64,000 nucleotides of DNA from Catajapyx aquilonaris (taxonomy: Eukaryota). The position numbers were made by a program, and so were the translations under genes. The stretch covers positions 1 to 64,000 of the forward strand of contig JYFJ02005370.1 of NCBI GenBank assembly GCA_000934665.2, written 5' to 3'. This document shows, piece after piece, positions 54,201-64,000 of this stretch (its first letter is position 1; each line of letters starts with the position of its first letter). A model generated the notes under the pieces. That model did no database searches and was not told where the DNA came from. It was given only the letters and a program-made list of their open reading frames with translations.

Positions 54201-55965
54201 AAACTTTCAAGTAAGTAAGCCGGGAAGCCCAAAAGCCTTGGTTTCCAAGCCTGGTAGTAAGTTGCAGAAGAGAGTTTGCTCAACAACTGGCAGCAGATCG
54301 AACCACGATGAACAAGATGTCCGGCATGCAAGTAGGCTCCTGATAGGCATAGTTTAGAAGTGGAAGGAGCAGCAGCGAAATGTCGTCACCTATCTATCTC
54401 TCCAGCACGAGGCTATAGGCAATTCTGCACCATGGAGCAAGTTTGGCCGATAAGATGGGTGGAAAAGGAGCAATTTCCGAGATGACAGCCGAAGCTTTAC
54501 AAATCTCTTTTGGTGCGAAGGGGAGTTGACACGGGGAAGGGGCGCGGTGACGTCCTGGCCAGAGATGACTTGCATCGATCCTCACGTCATTGGCTCAAGT
54601 CCCGCCAAGATAAATGGCTCGCAACTCCTGTTGTTCATCGGAGAAAAGGGCATTGACAAAGTCAATGGAAAAGGGCTGCAGGAGAAAAACGGATGGAAGA
54701 AGAAGATCCGTTCCCAGGGCCAATGGAAGGCTTAAGCGCAAAGCACCTGCTATATGGGTCCATTTCATCACCCTCAAGCCTACTCAACTTGCCGGGCTGT
54801 CACATCCAATTTAACTTCAAAGTTTGCCTTCCATTTTCACCAGTTTCAACCGATGAAACCCATTCCTTCTTGCTGACGATAAGTTTGAACGGCACTGTCA
54901 ATATTGTTTTAACCTTTTCCTCCCGATCTGATGAATGGAAACATTACTGTCGCCCCAGGAAAAACCTCGCTAAATGTAGCGTTTACGCTCACTAATTCGT
55001 CTTTAGAATATGGTACTTAGTGAAAGAGCAATACGAAGGTTCCAGAAACTTTCCGTCTGGTGACCTTTAGTCGTGTGTTTCTCTCAAGTGTTTATTTTAC
55101 ATATCTATGATATTATCTGTGATTTTGTAACAATATTGGATTTTGTACATTGTATTTTATGTAGGATAGAATGTTTTTTCTTCTACATAACCATTTTTAA
55201 ACGGAGTTTTCAATTAAGCTCTCTGCTGTAGCCTAACAGAGTATGTCACGGCTCAATCTCGGTTATAGTCTACGTACTACAGTATATCGCCCAAAAACAT
55301 AAAGATGATATAGTACGTACACGGTCACATTATTTTTGCCTACAGCGAGAATAATATTCTCGCTAAACTATAATTTAGTGGAAAAACTGGGTGTATAGAA
55401 AAGAGCTTTTGGAATACACTGTAAAGATGCCTTTAGGGTATAGAAGCTGTCATACGGTATATATCACAAAAGTTCTTTTGAATTGGTATTGGGGGAATGG
55501 ATTTTATTCATAAGTACCGTATCTTCATGCACCTCTTCCACTCGTTTTGTTGGCCAGTCTTACTTGAATGTGGTTTAAGCTTGTTCATGGTATGATTGGA
55601 GGTTTATTTCAATGTATATTTAAATACGCATGCATGCTACATACGGCAGGTATTATGAATTTTATTCCGATAATAATTTTCATTTTACAATTTTAATATT
55701 TCCTAATTACTTGTATTATTAATAACAATTTATTACTTTTATTCCGATATTATCAAACTCTCGCGACCTCCTGCATATCATATAAGCAAATGAAAGTGTT
55801 CACAATTTTATTCACGACGACAGCCTTATCAACATTTCAAATTCTCTATCTTGTCAAAACCGATTCCGACAAGTAGTGAATACCAAGTGTTAAGTGGTGA
55901 CGTTACCAGACCAACTCACTTTAAGTAGGCAGATATTATTGAAGATGCATGACAATCATCAGCAT

Positions 55966-56165
55966 GGGCGGCACGGACACCTCAGCCTGCTACCTCTGAG
56001 GTCCCGCTTCGACCCTCGAGTCGGACATACTCGTAGGGCACTCTCTTCGTGGAAAGAGTTTCGAGAGATTCTCTCAGTCTTCGCGTGGGTTTTCTCGGGG
56101 TTCTATCGTTTCCTCCCGAATTCCAAAAATCTCTCTTCCACTCTCACCCCCACCTATGTCGCATA
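55966..56165 (+). mobile_element. tRNA-derived SINE with a V-domain-like core (same family as 29178-29335), A box deleted
   Basis: Starts GGGCGGCACGG. Shares GTCGGACA and GGAAAGA..TTCGA with the other copy. Core GCGTGGGTTTTCTCGGGGTTCTATCGTTTCCTCCC...TCCAAAAA. Confidence 0.7.
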
Positions 56166-57891
56166 GTCTTAGTTGCTTTGGCTTCCACAACCAACGTTGA
56201 CACCAGTTTTTGGTTGGCCACACATTGCTGTATTACACAACATACTCTTAAATAAGAAAACATGTTTTACATAATTATAATCATATTCAGAACCATTGTA
56301 GACACTTCAACGTGGTTTGTTTCTTATTTATGTCTAGGCTCGATGAAAGATCAGCATATGGCCTACAGATAGGTAAAATATTACCAATTATGCAGCTAGA
56401 ATAAATTATACCTCCTTTATAAGCTTCAGTTGACTTTGACTCGAGAATTGAGCAGCAGATTGCAATCACGAGCCTTTGTGTCGAAGCAAAAAAGTCGACA
56501 TCACGAAGCGAATTTGATCAGGTTCGCAGTCCGAATTAATCAAGGGTGGTAGATTGGATGCCTTGGAAGTGAAGAGCAATGACGAAGACCTCCAACTCGT
56601 CGACAACCCGAGGCCACGACAAACTCCTTCAACTCTGCGTATTTCTGCTTCTGCAATCCAAATTAAACAGCCGCCCAATCGCTCTCCAGAGATACGCCTT
56701 ATTCCTGTTATGGAGCACGCACCTTTATCATCCTGCTGGCTGCCTTCCTTGTCCTTAAAATAGGAATCGATCCATAGGGAACATAGGGAAATAAATGGAG
56801 GAAGGTCGTACAAGAAGCCAAATGCAAATTCACCTGGAACCACTAAAGAAACTTTAGGGGTGGCATTGCCCACTAATGAATATGCAAAAAGTCTAATCAC
56901 TTTTTCACGTTCCTTCCCTTCCAATTTAGAAACCGATCTGTTTCGTCAGGCAAATAATGAGAAGCTATGTGACATTACATCCGGGGCTTGATTCGAGTCC
57001 CGGATGTGGCGATGACGTCATGTAACATGACCCGAACTGCACGCGTGCTGGTGGGCAGACATCCCGTTTGTCAATCATCACAACTTTTTGCAACATTTTA
57101 CCCCTTAGCCAGGTCGAAAAAAGCGGGTGTAACGTCAAGAAAGGCAGGTTTGCGCCGTAAAGGTAATCAGCCGTCAAACCACGTCCGTGTTACTGTAACC
57201 CTGCGTGTTAGTTCATGTCAGTCTATCGCTTTTCTAACATTTTTTTTCCTACCGTGGCCTTCCCCGTGAACCAAACGATAATGTGATGGAAATTTGGCTT
57301 AAACCACTCAGTGTATGTTATTGCATTACTTCCACAATTAACTGTTAATTTATAATAATTACCTTAACATATAGTGTGCTTGTAGTTTGATTGCTCGTTA
57401 TAATAACGGCTGTTATCTCATTATCGAAGGTTTTCTAAATATTAATTAATAACCACTAGAGTAAGTAGTATTATGCTGTGGATATATTGAGGTTATACTG
57501 CATAGCCCGCATATATATGTGTGTCATACGTAGGATAAGTGAAGGTGAAAAATAGCAACATAGGAAAATAAAATATGTCCACAAAATAATAGTGCAAGAC
57601 AATGCAAATACATGTGCCCATAAATGAATTTTCACTGGTGATTATTGCATGCCAGTGAAACATAGCATTTAGACATGGATGACCACTGTTACTTTGATCA
57701 TAAGTTTACTGCATATGTAAGGAGGAATAAATGCAGGTAGTACGTAATAAAGGACCTGTTCAAAGTTATCCTGACTCAGAAAGGCAACCCGCATGGCCCA
57801 ATGATTCGTGTCTTTAGATTGGAGCAGATCACTGGCACGCAGGCAACGCAGGGGAGTTGGATCAAAATGTTGATGTCAAGTCACTCTAATA

Positions 57892-58569
57892 CAGGGTGAT
57901 TACAAATGAATAGTACAATTACAAATGCATATAGCTCCGTACCTAACAACCGTACATGAACGTGTTATACACCAAATGAAAGAGGAGGTTTTAAAGTTTT
58001 TTTCATACCTTATAAATGTTCTATATGATTTCCCTTGGTCACTCGAGAAACGTCGATCCGATAGTGCAATTCCTCCCATACTCGTGCCAGCATGTCCGTT
58101 GTCACTGACTCAACCGCAGTAACCATGCACTGGCATTCAGATGTTCGCCAGTTTCCGAACAATGTGCTCCTTCGTCGTTGGATAGGTCGCAGTGACCTGC
58201 AAGACTTGGCGCTTTACTGCTGGCGCCCAAGGTCGCCGGATTTGACACCATGCGACTTCTTCCTTTGGGGGTACGTTAAGGATGCTGTGCACGTGCCACC
58301 GATGCCAACAACCCTGGATGAACTCAAACATCGCATTGTTACTGCGGTTGAGTCAGTGACAACGGACATGCTGGCACGAGTATAGGAGGAATTGCACTAT
58401 CGGATTGACGTTTCTCGAGTGACCAAGGGAAGTCATATAGAACATTTATAAGGTACGAAATAAACTTTAAAACCTCCTCTTTCATTTGGTGTATAACACG
58501 TTAATGTGCGGTTGATAGGTACGGAGCTATATGCATTTGTAATTATACTATTCATTTGTAATCACCCTG
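57892..58569. mobile_element. Tc1/mariner-derived foldback: 237-bp inverted arms around a transposase fragment
   Basis: TA|CAGGGTGATTAC...GTAATCACCCTG|TA. Arms 57892-58128 and 58333-58569 differ at 10 positions by hand count. Confidence 0.95.
58128..58451 (+). pseudogene. C-terminal fragment of a mariner-like (rosa/DD41D-related) transposase
   Basis: HWHSDVRQF...RWIGR...WRPRSPDLTPCDFFLWGYVKDAV...TLDELKHRI...DMLARV*EELHYRIDVSRVTKGSHIEHL*. Contains the SPDL motif with the third catalytic Asp and one premature TAG. Confidence 0.93.
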
Positions 58570-59347
58570 TATATGTCATTCAATGGAAGAATGCTTCTAA
58601 CGGGTGACCTTCAACAGTTTGGAGAAAGAGTTCGGCCTTGCTTTGCCAACGAACGCCATCTTGAGTCCGCCCCTCTCTCTCCTCTTTCTCTTTTAGGGGA
58701 GAGTGAGAGAGAGGAGAGGGAGTGAGGGAGAAATACGCGATTGGGCAAACGCGTGATATCTTTATTGGACTTGCATTTCGCATGATTGACACTCTCGCGA
58801 GGCATTTGCCCAACGCTATTATTCTTACAACATTTTTACGGTGTAAAACCCACATAAATTGTCTTTGGCGCAACTGTCATTATGATATGGTGCGGGTGCC
58901 CCATGTGGCAACATATTTTGAATACTACCAAGGCCTCCAGATAGCAACACCTACCACATCAAAGATACAGTGAGTGGCGAACACAGCGGGGTTTAGCGTA
59001 CAACTAGGTGCATAGAATATACACTACACGATGAGCCTAATTTTTGTCGTTTGGGTTGTGGGGCTACTCAGGGTAACCTTGAACAGGTCCTTTCTAATGT
59101 CTAGAATACAATAGATGAGGAAACGGAAGGATAAATTAGCGATGCAGGATATACAGTATAGCATGCTTACATGAAGCATGTCTGAAAAATCAGTTCAAAG
59201 TGTCGTTCTCATGACATCAACAAAGCTAGATGGTCAAGGCAATAAGGCTATGTTCATTACCAGGCATGGTTGATATTTCAATGCTGTTGGGACATTACGT
59301 GTACTATGCTGAGTAGTTTAATGGATCATTACTGTAGAGCAGCCCTC

Positions 59348-59633
59348 CGCCGGCGCGGCGCTGGTGGTCTGTTGGTTACACCGCTCGCCTCTAGACCCAA
59401 AGTTGTGGGTTCGAACCCGGCCGAGGTCGGTGACTTTTCTCCGGGTGGTAGAAAAGTGAGAGTGCGTCTTCCTTCGGAGGGGAAGTAAAGCCGTCGGTCC
59501 CGTGTGCTTGTGACATTGCGCGAGTGCACGTCAAAGATCCCCAGAGTGGCCAAATGTCCAGGAGGAGGATCACCCCCTGGCGTCGGTGTTGAGCCTCGCG
59601 GCAGAAATAGGCCGACGTTAAGCCCCCACTAAA
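59348..59633 (+). mobile_element. Full-length tRNA-derived SINE with a Deu/Nin-domain-like core, fourth family
   Basis: A box TGGTCTGTTGG, B box GGTTCGAACCC, core CCTTCGGAGGGGAAGTAAAGCCGTCGGTCCC...GCACGTCAAAGATCCC. Flanking direct repeat GTAGAGCA.CCC.C (12/14) at 59334 and 59634. Confidence 0.88.
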
Positions 59634-59679
59634 GTAGAGCAACCCCCAGTCACTCCCTATACCAGTACATTATTACCCC

Positions 59680-59985
59680 CGTGAGCTTAGCTAATCTCCT
59701 CCACCGAGGGGGATTGGCGACGTTCGGCGCTAGAGTCAAGTGCCAGTACAGGTGGCGCCTTACCTAGCGAGGCAATTCTGAACCATTTTGGTCGACTCCG
59801 ATTGGCTGGAGTCTGAAAGGCCTCATGTGGAGTGCCATGTTGGGGCCCAAGGAGGCCAGCCAATCGGAGTCGACCAAAAGGGTTCAGAATTGCCACGCTA
59901 GGTAAGGCGCCACCTGTACTGGCACTTGACTCTAGCGCCGAACGTGGCCAACCCCCCTCGGTGAGGGAGATCAGGTAAGCTCACG
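59680..59985. mobile_element. Foldback/palindromic element with arms of about 130 bp and a 46-bp spacer, unclassified
   Basis: 59680-59809 is the near-perfect reverse complement of 59856-59985 (e.g. CGTTCGGCGCTAGAGTCAAGTGCCAGTACAGGTGGCGCCTTACCTAGCG). No clear TSD. Confidence 0.85.
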
Positions 59986-61063
59986 CGAAAAGAGGGCCAG
60001 TGACGGGGGGGGGNNNNNNNNGGGGGGGGGGGGGGGTGCTGTAGAGGTAGTTGTCATGATCACGTAACAGTATATGGGATGAATATAGGCCGACGGGGCC
60101 AATGACCTTTTGATGCTGCATTTTACGACGAATGAAGGAAAAGGGAATATGGTAGGGTTTGGCTTGAGTTTGACGAAAGTTTGACACTTGCGTAGGTCGA
60201 AATATTTCATTGTGCCTAGATCAAAACTCCCTTCTACCTTTTCCTTCCAGCCTTTAGGTAATTTTTAATTTTCTTGCCCGAAATTGTGCCTTTGCACAGC
60301 CTTTTCCAATATCTAGACCAGTTTTGCGGATTTCTTATCATCAACAGTCAGGGGGATTGGGCATTTCCTTATGAAACTAAAACTAAAACAGATGATTAAA
60401 AAGTGCATTAAATTTTTTTAACTGGATACGTTTATGAGAAGAAGTTTAGTTTGGATGGTTGACACTGGAAAAGCTTCACATTGAGGCAATTAATAGCAAT
60501 TACAAAATAAATAATGTACCTTCTCAAGAGATAACAATATTGTTCAGGTAGAATATAGACTACTGTAGTGAGCTGCGAATGGAAATAAGGAAATGCAAGA
60601 CCAAAGTAATGATACGAGTACAATGTAGAATTTTATCAGAAAGTTACTGTCTTAAAAATACTGTTTGAATCATCCGATAATTTGAGGTTTTGGGGGTCAT
60701 TCCAACAGAATGATTTTAATGAGGTTATATTGACTTCACTATTTAACAAAAATTGCAGTAAAATGACTTTACTCAAGATAAAATTATGATGCTTGCAAAA
60801 TTTTACAGAGTTCAGATGTTGCATTGACACCACGGATCTGGAGTAGGCCTACACGAAACACATAATGCATCAAAGCTTTAAGAAATATACGGTACGTGAA
60901 TTATGGAAAACTAGCAGGGGACCAGTTCTTCGCACGGGGATTGATAAATGAAAGAAGTTTGTAAAACCTTCATAATTTTTATACTCTATAGTTAGCTAAG
61001 TCAGTGTAAAATGCTCTGTGCTCACGGTAGTGATGGCTTTGAACATGTGTCACATGAGAAATA

Positions 61064-61180
61064 CCTGGGATGGAATTTGCGTCGTACTACTAGTTACTTC
61101 TAACTTAGCAGCACCAGTGTAGTGCAATGGTACTGCTAAGTTAGCAGTAACTAGTGGTACGACGAAAATTCTACCCCTGG
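61064..61180. repeat. Short hairpin element with arms of about 54 bp, MITE-like
   Basis: CCTGGGATGGAATTTGCGTCGTACTACTAGTTACTTCTAACTTAGCAGCACCA pairs with TGGTACTGCTAAGTTAGCAGTAACTAGTGGTACGACGAAAATTCTACCCCTGG. Confidence 0.8.
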
Positions 61181-61194
61181 TGTGGCCCGAATAA

Positions 61195-61891
61195 AGGCCT
61201 TTTTACGGTCACAATGTGAGCCAAAGTCGCGCGGCAAGGTTCTTGGCGAACGACAAAAGGGGGGTTGCCCTATAGGTCTTGTCGGAACGACTCTAGCATA
61301 TGTGACCATATTTATTTGAGATAGTCTTTGTCGTCTTGGAAGCTACGAAGTCGTTTTTCTTGCTACTATGTCTTCCCCATGCTCCCACTCCATCTGACCA
61401 ATCAGAGCCTTTCCTCCCTTCCAACTCTCCCTCAAGAGCAAGGGGAAAGCGCGGGCAATACAACATTGGGCACGACATTGAATTGCACGACAGCCTTCCC
61501 CCTGCTCCCTCTTTTCGGAACCAATCAGCGCAGCGTCCCGGTAGAGCCTGTCCTTTTCCCTGTCCCCAAGATGGTCGCAACTCAGAAGGACCTCGGAAAC
61601 ACGGCTCGAAAAGCAGCTTGACCGGTCCTCCCCCTCCGGACTCATCCGGTTTCCCTCCCTCCGCCTGCCGACCAGCCATGGACCAACCCCCCTCACAAAG
61701 AGTACCCAGGGGTGAGGAGGTGACCCGGCGGACCTACCGAGGACTCGCATTCAAGCTGATGGATGTGCGACTTCGCACATGTGCAACATGCTTCTAGTCG
61801 GAATGGCGTAAACGCATGGTGCGATTCGTGTGCCCGACAGAAAAGTCGTTCGCGCGACTTTGGCTCACATCGTGAGAGCGTAAACACGCCT
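61195..61891 (+). mobile_element. Non-autonomous PIF/Harbinger derivative, 697 bp
   Basis: TAA|AGGCC...CGCCT|TAA. TIR of about 40 bp including ATGTGAGCCAAAGTCGCGCG / CGCGCGACTTTGGCTCACAT. GC-rich interior with two CCAATCAG boxes. Confidence 0.85.
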
Positions 61892-62312
61892 TAAGGGTGT
61901 GCAGAGCCAGTATTTGAGTACGTCATTATCAAAACCACAGGTAACACCGTTTTAGGAACAAAATTTTCAGGAAACGCGAATTTCTGATTTCGCAGTTTTT
62001 CGTCTTCCTAAATGTAACCCTTTCCACTGACAAATAAACTGCCTCCGTTGCAGTGACATGGTGTATTACAGTAGTTTGATATTGATTTTATTAATAGTGT
62101 CATTACATGAGGGCAGGATACCACGTTTGTTACAAAAAACGAATCAGGATTGATTTTTTAAAAGTTATATGCTATATATAGGGTACGTATTCAAAAGAAG
62201 TTATCCCAACGTGTACTAAATAAGTCTAAATTTTTGTTATCACATTCATAACCCTCTTGCCGATTATTTCATTGGCGTATTATTGAGCACACTGTCTTCT
62301 GTTGTCCTTTGT

Positions 62313-62316
<4 letters not shown>

Positions 62317-62364
<48 letters not shown>

Positions 62365-62372
62365 TCNCTCTC
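62317..62372. repeat. (TC)n microsatellite
   Basis: Directly visible dinucleotide run. Confidence 0.95.
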
Positions 62373-63262
62373 CTCCCCCCCCCCACAATTTCCCGCATTG
62401 TGTGATCTCCCTTCCTGGCAATATTGTCTTGCCACTTTTATACAATGCCGTCAGTTGGTTGGTTGGCTGATTAGGGAAGTCAAAGCATCTAAGGTTATCT
62501 GGGGAGGGTGAGATGGGAAGGGAGGTTTTTGGACAGTGCAGTGGGAAGAAACGAAAAACCTACTGGAACAAAGCTCTGTTCGCATGAAAAACAGTTAGCT
62601 CTGTTCAACCAGGGATGCAAAGCATACTAACCTCTGAGGTGGAAGGTTGTGACGTTAGCCACAACACCAACATGCCACCCGCCTATTGGACTTTGCAGGG
62701 TTATGATTTGCTCCAATAAGCTTATGAATTGTTTTAAATTCCACTCACAAGGAATTCGCAAGCTCTGAAGATTGTGGTCTGCTCTCTCTGTACATATTAT
62801 GATGCAGAGAAACTGCAGATGCTGTGTGCTCTTCATATTAGCGACTTGGCAACACAGCTTATTGCTATTAGAATATGTATTGTTTAACCAAAAATATCCC
62901 AACCATCAATATTCAACTGCTGTGAAGAACAGGATTCTACAGACTACAGTACCACTGATAGTTACTTTCCATTAACATGTCGTCAAGCGGAATGTCATTC
63001 AAATCGTGGTCTTATCTTTGACGGTGCCAGCATCACCGCATAATTAGAGCACAGAATGTTTGTGCGCACGGTATACCTCTCTACCTATGTTGCACACAGA
63101 GCAGGGGTTGGCTGAATGCAAGGTTAAATGGGAATAAAATCCACATGGGAGAGGCCGTGTGGGTATGATTCATTCTGTTTTGAATTTGGCGGGTGGAGGG
63201 ACGGGGGAGTAGAGGAGAGTAGGAGCAGAGAAAAAAATTGGGGTACACTTTGTGTGTTTTTC

Positions 63263-63629
63263 CCAGCCCACGGACACTACCCCTACCTTCTGGGCTTATC
63301 ACCTGACGGGGTGTTTTGCAGCGGGTGCTCACCTGAGAGCGCCATGAGACATTTCCCAGAGCAATTATGTGGCGACCCTACCGGATTAGGCTGAACTTTA
63401 TAGGTACAAAAGGGAAGCGCTACATTGGGGACCCGACATGGGCGCCGGCGGCCATGTTGGGCCCACATGTAGCGCTTCCCTTTTGTACCTATAAAGTTCA
63501 GCCTAGTCCGGTAGGGTCGCCACATGATAGCTCTGGGAAATGTCTCATGGCGGTCTCAGGTGAGCACCCGCTGCAAAACCCCTCGGCAGGTGATAAGCCC
63601 AGAAGATAGGGGTAGTGTCCGTGGGCTGG
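63263..63629. mobile_element. Spacer-less palindromic element of 367 bp, unclassified
   Basis: Arms of about 183 bp are symmetric about CC|GG at 63446/63447, with roughly 93% arm identity by hand. No TSD recognised. Confidence 0.88.
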
Positions 63630-64000
63630 CACTGACAGTGAGAGTCGTCTCAGCGCTAAATTTTGAAAACAAAGTTTTTCAAACTGCTCCCAATATTTGA
63701 CGATTTGATTAGGGCCTACCATGTATTGATTCGATCGACTTATTGGGATTTTAATTGACCTTGCGAGTATGCTGCGCCATTTAATGTCATTGACTTGCAA
63801 AGAGATTGCCCCTGGCTGAGCGAAGATGAAGGAGGAGAGGTCAAAATGGTTAGGACAGAAATTGAGGTAATAATATGCAACATTGTAAATAACATACGGT
63901 ACATAAGAAAGGAGAGGATAATTATGTAAATTCTTGGGACGGATGGTAGCGTACTGTAGAATTATTAAAATATGATATTGGAAGGGGAAACGGAATGTTT

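Larger units (their letters stand above)
57751..59091. mobile_element. Older non-autonomous TIR element (Harbinger- or Kolobok-like ends) hosting the mariner foldback
   Basis: AAAGGACCTGTTCAAAGTTATCCTGA (57749-57774) matches the reverse complement of 59068-59093 at 24/26 positions. TSD not preserved. Confidence 0.65.

Noticed and set aside
59348..59430. tRNA gene (likewise near 44690-44759 and 29570-29650)
   Set aside because: A/B boxes are present, but there is no complete cloverleaf and each continues into a SINE body, two of them with TSDs.
63128..63800. Pairs of near-identical ORFs on opposite strands (also at 15430-16105)
   Set aside because: Mirror-image artefacts of the palindromes, with no protein motifs.

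Overview
Eukaryotic, almost certainly arthropod, genomic DNA with no prokaryotic gene organisation and no CRISPR array. I can support one protein-coding gene, on the minus strand, reconstructed by hand from four phase-compatible GT-AG exons: 34322-34415 (signal peptide), 20266-20625 (V-type Ig domain), and 9743-9872 plus 9025-9197 (a split second Ig domain). It encodes a Beat-like two-Ig cell-surface protein; its terminal exon is unresolved. The rest is intron or upstream DNA holding many small transposon relics: PIF/Harbinger-type MITEs, Tc1/mariner-derived foldbacks, a hAT MITE, a Helitron, a decayed piggyBac-like transposase and about four tRNA-derived SINE families. The most unusual structure is a cluster of long, near-perfect inverted repeats at 57.7-63.6 kb. 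One of them is a mariner foldback whose two arms are both copies of the transposase 3' end. Family assignments rest on recalled motifs, not database searches. Most entries in the ORF track are spurious.
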